Below, piece after piece: positions 13,988 through 27,198 of a stretch of DNA of 64,000 bases (its first letter is position 1; every line of letters begins with the position of its first letter). The stretch lies in assembly GCA_012295275.1 (NCBI GenBank), contig CM022673.1, forward strand, positions 8,618,001-8,682,000, written 5' to 3'. The stretch comes from Chrysomallon squamiferum. Taxonomy: Eukaryota > Animalia > Mollusca. Below the pieces are notes generated by a model. The model did no database searches and was not told where the DNA came from. It was given only the letters and a program-made list of their open reading frames with translations. The translations under genes were made by a program, and so were the position numbers.

Positions 13988-15193
13988 GATTATTATTATT
14001 ATTATTGATTTATTTATTTTTATTTTATTATTATTATTATTTTTTTAAATTAGACGTGTGATATAAAATTTATTATTATTGAAGTATAGGAAATTGCAAC
14101 ATCATTACACAGTTCTTTCAGTAAGAAATTTAAAGAAAAAATGTGCTTATGTCTGTCAGACCCAGCATGTCCTTAAAGGTTAAATGTAAACAGGAAACTG
14201 TAATTTACAGTCAGCTTCATTTTTTGGATATCTTACTTCACTTGTATAATTATTTGGTTTGACACTTTTATGATAAATAAATTAAAATGTTATGGAATTA
14301 AAAATTCAGAACTGAAAAAAGTTCCAGTTATGGTGGAAGAGAGATTCAAGACCTCCAAATACCCAAAAATAACAATAACACAAACTATTTTTAAATATAT
14401 TTTTATTACAATCTCCAGGCATCAACATACACTTTGATCAAAGATTTGGTGATAGAAATGATTTCAGAGAACAGTACATGAAATTTAAAAAAACAAACAA
14501 AAAAAGACAACATAAAAGTTAGAAGAACTTGCATAGATTCATAATGGTTGATTCCTAATAAAAGTTCTTTTAAATAATATTTTAAATACATAATGATAAG
14601 TGTGCAGCAAACAAACACAAATACAAGTAGAATGGTGATGTAAAATGGGGCAGTTTGTCCTGAACCCTAATATATAAAAATTCCAAACAAAACCTTTCTG
14701 CAAATATCAAAATATGGTAACTATAAAATAAAGTGTTTATATTATGCTTTTTGTTGTGTTTTTTTGTTTGTTGTTTTTTTGTTGCTGTTGTTTGTTTTTC
14801 TTTTTGATGTTTTCTTGTAAACATAAAAATAAAATAGCATTATTATTATTTTAACAACGAGTAAGAAAAATGGTTGCATTTCTTATTGTAGGGTACAGGT
14901 CAAACACTAATTTAGAAAAAATTAAATAAAAGTTAAATTCATACTTAGTTACAAAACATCCTTCAAGGTGACAATCACATGGTACTATTTATTTTTAAAA
15001 TTTGGTTTTACAGTAATTGAGCTTATTTACTTTATGCTGCTTAAGTTAAAATAAAATGTTTTACTGGTTGTAGAGTTGGTGGTGGATGGGTTTTTACATT
15101 TTATAAAGTTAATATATAAATAAATATTTATTACTATAAATGTAATTCACAACATATAATGAACAATAGTTTATAAGTTGGTTTTTGTTCTTG

Positions 15194-15231
<38 letters not shown>

Positions 15232-18200
15232 TTATTTATTTATTTATTCCGTAAAGATTAATAAATAAAACTTCCAAGATGGATAGCATATATTTACATG
15301 AAGAAAAAAAAAATAAAAAAAAAGGATTTAAAACAGAAATACTCCATTAAGATAAAAATCAGAGAACACACAAATGGATCTGTTATCTTATAAATAATGA
15401 ATCATGGCAAATGATGAGAATGAATGTGCTGGAAAGATAACAGAAAAAGATGCAAAGATATGATTATTAAGAAATTATTTTGTTTTTATTTATTTAAAGA
15501 GATTGAAAAAATAAAACATGAGTGTCTTATGTAGCTTTACTTTCTACCAAAATAAATAAAGATTAGAGAATTTTTTTTATTTTTTATTTTTTTTTTTTAA
15601 ATTTAGAATCTGTACATTTAAAAGCAAAGCTAGACTGTCACAATTTTGGAAAATATCTGCTTCCAAATGGTTGGCTACCTTGAAATAAAAATATCAAAAA
15701 GTCAGTTCTAGAAAAGCTCATCTAGTTCATAACGGAAAACATGTTTACACCTAATTAGATTTAACTGTCTTTGATAAGAAAAGTTCAGTAATACTAATGT
15801 TGTTTTATTTATTTATTTTTTACTTCCACTGATTTCCACAGGAAATTTAAACTGTTAATATAATTTGCTATGATACCTTTCATGTTAAACAGCTAATTAA
15901 ATTATTTTTGGTAACTAATTTATTTATTAATTTATAAAAATTAATATATAAGCGAAAAAAATTATTAACTTTTTTTTTTTATTCATTATGTGACTTTACA
16001 TGTACATTGTTAGCAAATATTACATAAACTTAGGTGAAGAATATATTTCAAAATAATAAAAAATGGATGGTTTTACATATAAGATTTTTTTTAGGTGCAA
16101 TGTTTAGCTATAAGAAGAAGAAAATATTGAACAAAATAAATAAAGTTTAAATATTCTTATTAAGGCAAGATATGAAAATATTATCACAATAAAAATGAAT
16201 GCCAATAATATACATATATATATATATTTTTTTTTTTTTTTTTCACTTATAAATATTAAAATTGAGGTTGTGATAATATAATTAAATACGACTTTGAGAC
16301 ACAAACAAAAAAAATATAAAATATAATAACATAAATTTTTGGAAAAAAAACAGGACAAGATATGGTTTATCATAAATGTCACCAGGATATAAAATCAATA
16401 AATAAATAACATACTAGTAATAAATAAATATAAAAAGAAAATATTAAATTGCACCAACCACACCGGAACGTCACGTCACGAAACCAAGGATTCTAAAAAT
16501 TCTTTCCTTTTGCAAATGATGAAAGAATAAAACATGCAAATGATGTTACTATTATTAAAAAGCTTTCAATATGCATCAGCAATTATGATTTATTATTTTA
16601 ATTTTTGAACTAAATCAAAAGAGATAAAATCTGTGATTCCATTTTGAAATAAAATGGAAAATCCCTATATGTAGTACTGGCTAAGAAAGAAATTTAATAT
16701 GAATAACATGGAGTAATTCTAATTTATTTATTTAATTATTTTTTTTTTTTCTGTAAAACTTTAGTAATTGTTTCAAAATTAAAAACAGAAAAAAGCATGT
16801 CCCATAGAACAGAGCTGTAATATTATTGTAAAGCTTTGATAAATAGTAATAGCAATCTTTTGAGCCAATTACTTCTGAATAATTTCTCCATTAAACATAA
16901 CTTTATCTAGCAATAAGGTTTTCTTTTATATGTATATGAGAAATAAAAGTAAATTAGGATATTGTTAGAATTAATTATCCAGTAGAACAAGCACATTGTT
17001 AAAAATTTAATCAAAAGTAAAAATCAATCAATGGTTATAATAAACAATAGCACAAGATAAATGGAATGTAATAAAACAATTTTTAAAAGTAGTAATACAT
17101 GATATAGTAATATACAATAGTTTAAATATGAAAAATACACCAATGCTATTGTCAGAGTAAAAAACACACCATTAAACTACTAAAGCATGTTTTTAATATT
17201 TAAAAAAAAAAAAAAAAAAAAATTGTGTGTCTTTTTTTCTTTTTTAAATAATTTCAAGACCAGTCTGTGCTTAAGAATTTTTTTAAAAACATTTTCACTC
17301 TGTTAATAAATGAGTAACAAAATAATGTTTTTTAAAATGGTGATATAATTATACAGGGAGCAAACAGAAACATACAAGTCAATGAAGAACATACTTTATA
17401 CAAAACAATAAAAGGAAAATAAATTAGAATTTGACTATGTACAGTTATGAGGTCAGATATACAAATTTTAGGTAAGTAGAATAATTTCTCCCATGCTTTT
17501 GACATCCATACAAATTTACATATTTTACAAACAACAATAACATTTAAGTTTACATTCAGTGTACTGACATACAAACAGATGCAACAAACCAGACATGGTC
17601 ACCTTTGTTCAAATACTCTGAGCAGTAAGCACCACAAATCAGATAAAATATTTAAATACAATAAAACAACATTTGTGCTTAACTCACAGAAATGAACACT
17701 CAGTTCTTATTGTGTATATTTTAAAATGTATTTTCTATGTATGACACAGTCTGCTTGTGAGTGTAAATCTTAGTGTTCACTTATTTGTGATTATATTTAT
17801 CTGTTTTGCTTGTGCATATTATAAAGTCAAGCTTTTTAACTTTAAAATCCTTTTATAGATTATTCAGAATTCCAACATCCCAAATATTTTATATTTAAAA
17901 CTGTTTTTTGTTGTTGTTGTTGTTTATGAAAACTGAAAATGTCATTCTTACAAAAGGAAGACTGAGACAAAATGGAAACTAATTGAAATCAGTTACTTAG
18001 AGACATATAAAAGATTTAAACTTTAAATCAAAAAAATATAAAATAATTTCAAAATGTTAATTTAACAATATGAGCAAAGTCTGAATGAAATGAATTGCAA
18101 TCCATTTAAAAATTAAACAAATAAATCTCATTTAATAATTTTTTTTAAATAAAACATTAACCCATCCCATATCAGAGAATTACACAATATTTTGAACCTG

Positions 18201-18289
18201 GAAATTATTCTAAAAGCTGGAAAAAATATATATTAGAAGGTGTTATTATTAATCTTATTATTCATGATTAAAATAAATAACAAGAAATC

Positions 18290-18492
18290 AAAAATAAATT
18301 ATGATTGTAACTATGGAATTCTCAGACCATTATCAATCAAAACTTTAAATTCGTTTCCAGTTTCTGATGCCACTTCCAAGGTGTCCAGGTCAGATTTCCA
18401 GATCACTGACAAATACACCAGCACTGGAGATGTTGTTATGCTATGTCGACTTTCTTTAACAATTTTAGAAAAATCATAATCCACTCCCAGTG
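18290..18492 (-). pseudogene. Degenerate duplicate of the last ~200 nt of the PNPLA2 CDS (pseudo-exon or alternative last exon)
   Basis: Plus-strand 18295-18350 aaattatgattgtaactatggaattctcagaccattatcaatcaaaacttt aligns with 19300-19355 aaattacgattgtaactgtggtattctcagggcattgtcaatcaaagcttc. It encodes EFKVLIDNGLRIP*LQS* versus ELEALIDNALRIPQLQS* in the gene. Confidence 0.8.
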
Positions 18493-19302
18493 CTTTAAAA
18501 AGAAAAAAAAAAAAAAAAAAAGACTTACAATCATCTAAAAATAAAAAAATAAAATTTTAAGTTTCACACAAAGCCAGTGGGAAAATGCTCATTAAAATCT
18601 TAAAAAATTTGCTTATACCAAATTTGCCTGTAACTGTAAATTTGAAAATAAAAATTCATAAATATCAAGGTTGGATGGAAGTGGATTATAGGTTAAGTGA
18701 AGGAAGCCATATCCAATGCAAAAAGAAAGGTTTAGTTGATTGTACAAGGATGGTAAAATAATTTCTTTTGAAGAATAAAATTGCTTAAAAAATAATAAAT
18801 ATATAATTAAAAATTTCCACAAATATAATTTGTGTTAATTAACTCTAATGAAAGTAAGGAAATATTATCAAAAATGTTTGTCATCAAAACATTTTCTTGG
18901 CTGTAGCGTTTACAGTTTGAATCACTATTCATTGCACAGGAATGTTGAATAAATTACTGTCTTGTACAAAACAGCTAAATATTTTCTTCAATTCTTTAAC
19001 ATTTTGTTTAAAATTAATGTAACTGACAAAAAGTAATTAAATTATTTTTCCTGATGGACATTAGATATTGTGCATAAATATCTACATGACAGCCTTACCA
19101 ATTGTAATACCTAACAATTAATAACAAAGATAGAAGTTACACAACTTAATAATGCATCAAAAAAAAACCCCCAAAACAGATTTTCCCACTTAAATGACAA
19201 AAGAGGTTTTAAGGATGAATCTGAGTTATAAATAAATACCTGAGGGTTTTATTATTAATTTTACCATTAAGATAAATGACAAGAAAAATTTCTAAAAATA
19301 AA

Positions 19303-22300
19303 TTACGATTGTAACTGTGGTATTCTCAGGGCATTGTCAATCAAAGCTTCAAGTTCATCCTCTATTTCAGGTTTCATTTCTAAGAAGCTGTCCCAGGAGA
19401 GATCTGCCCCTGCAGCTTCAGCACCCTGTGAATCATCGGCAACATCAGCGCTGGAGTTGCTTGTCACATTAATGTCAACATTCTTTAAACTGAAAATCTC
19501 CTCAAACTTGTAACAGCCTTTGTTGTTCTCATCTTCATAATAATACGACAAAACTGACTCCATCTGGTTGGTCACATTAAGGCACTGGTCAAAGGTGTCG
19601 AAAACTTCCTGACATGGTCCACCGGGTTTTGGCGGAGCCTCTGGTCCAATGTTGGGGTGAAAGACCAAATCTCCATCCGGACCAGACTGCTCCACGTGAA
19701 TGTCCTCTAACTGAAGGTCGTCAATTCCGTGTTCTAAGTGTTCAAGAGATCTCACGGACTCAGAGGCAACCGAGTTGAAGTCCACAGCAAAACCAATGTT
19801 AAAGTTTCTTACAACTGATCTGTTCAGTTCTCTCTGTTTGACAGATTTCGGTCGATGAACTGTTCCTCGTGGAAAGGTCAGAGCTCGAGATCGGGGCTGG
19901 TATTCCCATGTTTCTTCCTTTTCTTTCTCATTCTGAACCTCTGTTATAGCCAGCTGACAAGTAAATCTAAAGATAAAAATTAAATTTATTTATGTCTGCG
20001 AGTACACAAGTCTGTTTTCAATTGTCTTTTTACTTATTAAAATAATCAAACTACAGAAAATTTGTTTTAGAGGAAAAAGATTAATATGCAATTATTACAG
20101 ACATCAAAGCACTGATTTTTCTAATTATCAACAACGAATGTTTCTCAAAACAAAAAAGTATATGCTAATACCATTTATTATATATAAGCAGTAGTGGGCC
20201 ACTCTCATGTAACAGTCCTATGTAAGCTGCAGATGGACAAGCATTTTGTCACTGACTGAGTTAAATGGTAAGGACGAAGGGATAAAGATGAAGTACCTAG
20301 CTGAATAAGTTGGGTGATGATGCAGAACACGAAGATAAACAGCTCTGAGAATACTAGCTGACTCCTGACACAGAATTTGGAGATCTTGTGGCATCTTGGG
20401 CAGCCATTCCAGAAATCTAAATGAAACCACAAAATAAATACAAATGATCAACTTTGTTACTTTGTTACTTTGCATTTATAGTTTAATATTAACAGTTAAC
20501 AGGGTACGAGAATAACTGGCAGAGAAAACCTGTTATCACTTTTTCTTGTATATTTTAATGTCATATGAAGTCATACTATATAAAATAATATTTCAATTCT
20601 CAAATACAACAAAAATTAAATGTATTATAAAACTTTTAAAAACAAACAAGTGTTAAACATATAGGTTTTTATACAAATGTTATGTTAAATATAACTATTT
20701 TTTTATTTTTTTATTTTTAAGATTTAGAATTTGAGAAACAAAATAACAGAAATATAAAATAATTGTTTTTTTAAATCCTCACTTGACAATTAAATTAAGA
20801 AGTATTTCGGCTGGAAGAACCCAAGGTGCCATTGCAAATGACAACAGTTTCACTGGACGAAAACTAAAGAGGTAATTCACCATTCCCTTATTTACAGAAT
20901 CACAAGCTGCTTGGAAAGCTGAAATTAAAAAATTGAGTCAGTTGTTTCAAAGGAATCATTCTGCAAGCACTTCATATTAAACATATATCAAACTTTAAAC
21001 TAAGATAGTGAGATTTGCCTTTTCTAAGTTACTGATAAATGTCAAAATCAGAGTCATTTTGTAAACACTGGTAATTCAAAGTGAACAGATAAGTAATGAT
21101 AACTATTAAATATGACAATCTTTCTGATAATTATGTTTAAGAGGTTAGATTGTTGGTAACTAATAAAAATTGTAAAAACTACTGACTGTAAATTTAAAAC
21201 ATTTTCAAAAAAAAACCCCAGTCATTTTAGACTTTATCTGAAATACTAACAAACACTTTAATGAATTTCCTAAATCATTTATAAAAAGAAAACAAATATT
21301 TAACTTTGTCTCACCTAACATCACAGATGGTGGAAGGGAGTCAACAAGTGCCCCATGTAATTTCTTTTTACACTCATCACAGTTGTCGTCATGGTGATGT
21401 TCACCATCACATTCATCCTCGGCCACCTCAGTCTCTTCTTTATTCTTTTTGGCACTTGTTGTGAAGCAGGAACGCACAGTCAAATGACGGGTACACTGAA
21501 TTAAATCTGTAATAATAATAATAATAATAATAATTTATCTAGATATCACTGCATGATATTGTGAAACAAGAATGCAAAATATGCTATAAAATAATAAAAT
21601 AAAATAAATCTTTTACATTCAAATGTATTAATGCATATATGAAAAATATATTCAATTCTGTTTCTTTGTCAGATGAAATATCTTTTCCACCATAATTTAA
21701 AATATAAATATAGTCACTGTTACTGTAAATATATTTTTATTTATTTATTTATTTTATTATTTGTTGGATAAATAAGTTATTTACCAAACATGAATTAATT
21801 CATGTTTTTAAAAACAGAAATATATATGTTACAGCCTTTGATACATCCATCTTTGAAATTTTACTGTTATTAAATTATGTAATTATTGGATAACTTACTA
21901 TTTTACTGTTATTAAATTATGTAATTATTGGATAACTTACTATTACACTGCAAAAATACTAGGGCATCATCAAACCCCTGTCTGCACATTTTACTCAGAA
22001 CTTCGGGGTGGGGCGGGAAGAGGGCATGAGAAAGACGATACAAGTTTCCTGCTGTGCACTGGAGGCTATGGTTGACAATGTTTATGTGCATGAAGTTACT
22101 TGAGTTGTCCATAGGGCAGATGTCACATTCCCCAGCAAAAGGTGACACAGTGATTGTATCTTCATTAAGAATTGGCAAATTGTCACTCAAACTGCCATCA
22201 ACATATCTCTGTAATAAATAAAAATTATGCATTAAAAAACATTCAGAAATGTTTTATTTAAATACTGCTTTAATTAGATTTTAACACATCACTAAAATCA

Positions 22301-25300
22301 ATGCATGATAAAATAAATAAAAAATGATTCAGTCATCAATAGGAATCTAAATGGAAAAATAACCACATACTATAGAAATTAACATAAGTTGTGCTATATT
22401 AATAATAAAAATATAAAATCTTTATCAGGTCATCATATTAACATTATGTTTTTATGTGTATAACACATGTTAATATTCTAATGTTAACAGATTCTAAATA
22501 CATTATATGTCAAGGACATATACTATATGGTTTATGACAATATATTTTACATTAGTCATTATTTGTAACAGCTGGTCTTTGATGCTGATGAACAATTCTA
22601 ATTACAACTGGCAGTATGACAATGTTGTTGTTGTTTTGTTAGAACTATTAATTTAATGTATTTATCACAAAGTGACTAAACAACAAAGTTCATTTCAGAC
22701 AACAAAATGTTCAAACATTTGTACTGGCTGTAGCTCAGTGGTTAGAATACTGGCTTGAAGAATGATAGCTTTTGAAATCAGTACTCCTTAGTCTGCATGT
22801 TGAGCTATTTCCCATTCCAGACAGATTAAGTGGCATATATTTTGCTTTTCTTTGAAAAGTTTATTGTATAACTTTGTCTGTGTGTCAGTCCATATGCACC
22901 AATCATGTACTTACAGAATAACAAGTCACAATTATGAATTATTTTTTAAAAAGTAGATTTATTATCTGAGATAGTCAATTATTAAAATGTGCACAGCTGC
23001 CATCAAGCACATTTTTGTTTAGGCATTCGTCTTGAAAATACTACTAAATGTATCATTTATGAGGTACAACTAGTTGATATGTAAATTTGACAGCCTATAT
23101 TTACTTCATTTTCTAAATAGTTACACTATTAAAACATGCAAAAACACACACACACACACACAAAAATAAATATATGCACTTTCTTAATTTTTTCTTCTGC
23201 AATCCATCCATAAAATTTAAAATAAACAAATAAAAATATATGATTATACTAACCACTCCTCTAAATTTTGGAGGAAGCATTCCACTGTAAAATGGAACAA
23301 ATGCACTACATAGCAAAGCCTACAAAGATAAAATACACAAAGTATATATACATGTAAACAACTGACATTCATATCAGTGTCAACTGTTGTTGTTTTTTTT
23401 TTAAATTATTAGTATTAATATAATAATAATTATCAAATTATCTTACAACCATTTTGGATGTTATTAGTTTTATTGTATATACTATTTTGTCATTATATTA
23501 GCATTAATGTCATATTAAACAAATCATCTTTTCTTGTTGTTGTTCTTTATTTAAATAACATTAAAAAATGTGGGCTTGATGAAACATTTTTAAAAATTAC
23601 TTTTATTTATTATTTTATAAATAATTAAACAAATTAATGAACAGTATGTCGGAATGATGTAATACACATACAAATAAAAATAAAACAATGAATGAATAAA
23701 CAAACAGATAAAATTTTCTTTGAGAATGATGAATTAGAAAACCATAATTCAGTTAAATATACCTGTTTGCTTATTTCCCATTCCAGAATTTGTCATATCA
23801 AAATGCATGAAATGTTCATTTCTCTTAGTGGAAAATAACTATTTCTGACGATTCCTCTTTAACATACTTATTACATTTACAAATGAGCTGAGATGTTATT
23901 AAACATTAATTAAATCATATATATATATATAATAAATAAATAAATAAACTACTTACATCAAGAAGCTCTTCTCGTGAATTAAACTCTGATACAATCACAT
24001 TCTTCTTGTCATGAACTCGGGTCATGGATATGAACAGACGACCAGAACAGATGAGATGTGCATTCAGCGGCAATACCTGCAGCATTGCATCTCGCATGAT
24101 GCGGTTGATGTCGAAGCTTGGGTGCAGAGGTCCCAGGGCACGGGACCGTGCCTTTGAGGCCAAGCGCAACACAAAACTGGTGCATTCTCCTGTAACATTC
24201 AACATTTCATGGTAAACATCTTCACTTACAAAGGTGAAATTAAGTGAATTTCATAATGTTATGATTATCTATATGGTCAAGCTAATTCCTTATAAATGTT
24301 ATCATTATGTGTCTGTGTATGTGGTCCACATAATTGTGTAAATAGATACTGATTAGGTGTAAACTGACACCTAAATGTATATAAAGTCAGTATTAACTTA
24401 TTTAACAAAATAATGTGATTGTGTATATTCTTTACACAAATATAGGCCTGCATTTAGAATGACATAATGACACACATACACAAACATACATATACATTTG
24501 CAGATATGCGTATTTGGCACAAACTACATTATTCTACTTAACAATGTTGTGGTAACAATTACTAACATACAGGCCTACATTAACTGTTGTTAACTGTGGT
24601 TGTACTCAGACATACTTATTATTTATAAGATGGAAGGCAAGTCAGCACAGTTTATTCTTACCATGATCTGACAGGTTCTCTCTGTGTTTATGAGAGTGCC
24701 AGCAATACACAGCTGTTACTATTCATTAGTATAATTTATCTAACCTCCACTGAACTCTCTGCACTATAGTGTGTGAGTGTGTGTGTGTGTGTGTGTCCTG
24801 TAACTCACATAATAGTATTAATAAAAACTGTATTACATTGTAAGTACAATAATGATTAATAACACACTTAGATAATTATTATAATAAACAAAATATTTGA
24901 AGGAAATTAATATGACTTGGTAATATTCACACAAAAAATATGTCACTGCAATTTTTATTATAGTTTAAAAAATTAAAACATGTAGCAATTAATGTAAGAA
25001 TAAATGTTTAATTACCATTTAATCTTAAAGAACATTTTTAGTACAAAATTCAATAAATATACCTGCTTTGTTTTCATATTAGCTGGCACCCTAGCTAAAA
25101 CTTTCTCAGAAACAAATTTAATACAAATATAAACAATGAATAATTGTAAAAACATATTTCTGTTACTATTATGAAACTGATGCCAGATCATCTTATCATC
25201 AGTTACCCATCCTGCATTTTACTATGAGAAATCCCTTTTAGTTGACTGAATCTTGTTTTGACTGATATATTGTTTACACTCAGGTTACTTTGAGTTGTTT

Positions 25301-25710
25301 TTCTTCTTCTTTAATAAAATATATATTTATTTTCTACATCATTAATAACAAAACATGATATTTTAATTAATATCTAATATTATATCAATGTAAGCAGCTG
25401 TTTTTTGACAGGTGGTTAAATTTCCCAAGTACTCTCTTATTTAGTAATTTTTGACAGTGGATTCACACGAATTAACAGGTTTATTAGAACTGAACCTTCA
25501 AAAATAAATCCAGAATGGTGGAATATCTTTTAATCAATTAATGTTATAGTTTTTGTTACACTTTTCAGTCTCTTTATTAACAATTATTCAGAAATATTCT
25601 TCTGTTATAACTATTACATTTTGAAAGTGCCAACTGATATTTCTATAATTTTAATACATTTTAACATTTTATTTAGTCCCTAGAGATTAAAGTAATTTTT
25701 AAGTGATCAA

Positions 25711-25752
<42 letters not shown>

Positions 25753-26167
25753 TATGTCATTTCAGATAACACGTTTATGTATTTTAAGCACTCATGATAC
25801 CACTGCATATCTGATTATCGCGTGATCTCAACAAACAAACAAAGGTAGCAAATATAACATTGGTTTGGCCTAAATACCATAACGGGTCACCTGAATCCGG
25901 TTAGCCAATCGACTGGCAGCATTAACATTAATTAGGGACAGCGCCCACTCTGATGCGTATATTCCACAATAAACAAACAAATATTAAATGGCATATACTC
26001 TTACCCAGGCAACATCCACAAATAAAACAACAAGCGGTAATAGCTCCAGCACTTGCTCCTAAAAGTCTGCCACTATCAAGAAAATGTGGCGCGTGTTCTT
26101 TGATGCAACTGGCAACTCCTATATGATATATTCCTAAGAAGCCACATCCCGAAAACGATACACTCAT
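19303..26167 (-). CDS. PNPLA2: Patatin-like phospholipase domain protein, ATGL/PNPLA2/brummer-type triglyceride lipase, 8 coding exons
   Basis: Exons 26167-26005 (SFSGCGFLGIYHIG; GASAG catalytic Ser), 24189-23957 (ALGPLHPSF..SGRLFISMTRV), 23319-23254 (CSAFVPFYSGMLPPKFRG), 22208-21941 (YVDGSLSDNLP, catalytic Asp; TITVSPFAGECDICP), 21506-21315, 20918-20783, 20416-20297 (LEWLPKMPQD), 19966-19303 (acidic tail, stop TAA). Phases are consistent throughout. Confidence 0.93.
22725..22960 (+). mobile_element. Decayed tRNA-derived SINE
   Basis: tRNA-like A-box head ggctgtagctcagtggttag followed by ctatttcccattccag, a core that recurs near 23773 and 43879. Confidence 0.55.
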
Positions 26168-26239
26168 ATTCGCTATTTTTGATTGTTAATGGTGTTTGGT
26201 CAAGTTATAACAGTATTTATATAATTTAAGATCAGCCAC

Positions 26240-26440
26240 AAAATCGGTCGTAAAAATCGCAACCGAAAGACGACAGATCTCCTTTGACCGCAGCCATTTT
26301 GTGTTTTGAATGGGTTTTGCAAACACGTGACGTGGTCAAAACATTTGACCACGTGACAACTTAGCCTGAAATCTTGGATTGGTTAGTTGGATACAGATGT
26401 CAGGGCACCTGGCTTTAAGCCAAAGGTGGGAGGGGTTTTG
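26240..26440. promoter_or_regulatory. PNPLA2 proximal promoter within the ~1 kb divergent PNPLA2/SAAL1 intergenic region
   Basis: Local CpG enrichment, YY1-like GCCATTTT (26293-26300), two CACGTGAC E-boxes (26324, 26350), ATTGG (CCAAT on the minus strand) near 26378 and a GGTGGGAGGGG GC-box-like run near 26425. Confidence 0.6.
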
Positions 26441-26954
26441 AGGACATGGTAACATAAAAAAAATGTTTGCTTTCGTCCTTAGAAGAAGAGGGCAGCGACA
26501 GTCATATTATTCCCATAACCAGTCAAATAAATTTTACGCCATACTTTATAATCAAAAACAGAACTCTTTACATGTGTTGTTAAAACACATACATAAATAG
26601 ATAGACACACGCACACATACTGACATACAGATACAGACAAAGTCAAAACATATTTGGAAACGATCAGTGTTGGAATTAGGCGTGCTACCAAATACACGCT
26701 TGAACATTTTCCTGACAGAAAATTATAATCACCCACCTTTATATCCACACATATATTTTGCTTTTAATTAAAGTGAATTTCATTTTTAAAAATAGTGAAG
26801 ATTTTAAGGCTTCATTAGCTTTCTGTATTTTTAAAGAAAATTACCAAGCATTTTTTTGACAAGTCTTTTTTCTAACAAAGGTACCACCAACCAAAATGAT
26901 ACATAGTGAAGTAAATAATTATATTGTTAATATAAACCTTTAAGATAATAATAA

Positions 26955-26985
<31 letters not shown>

Positions 26986-27198
26986 GATAATTTGTTTATA
27001 ATTATTTACACGTACAAAATATACTTGGCATTAAGATAACTACAATTGACTGGTTTTTTAAGAAACAGGCGTAGCAAAACAAAAGTTTGGATGGAATACA
27101 TGTCCGAAGATTTATGTTTTCAGTTTGTTTCTACATCAGGAATCACAACATGAATTTATAAAAAATATATATATATTTTTGAAGTTTTGCCGAAGAAA

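Noticed and set aside
19305-19307. Potential donor (tc/gtaatt) at the PNPLA2 stop, splicing to the 18492 acceptor
   Set aside because: The donor is weak and phase 2, whereas the open frame at 18492 needs phase 1. The duplicate also preserves the TAA context, so 19303-19305 is best read as the true stop.
22725-22800. Possible second tRNA gene
   Set aside because: Only an A-box-like head is present, with no cloverleaf or B box. It continues into a SINE core.
24024-24215. Antisense ORFs over real exons (also 44147-44413, 46070-46333, 54296-54493, 9585-9794, 18240-18479)
   Set aside because: They are shadow frames of coding or exon-derived sequence on the opposite strand.
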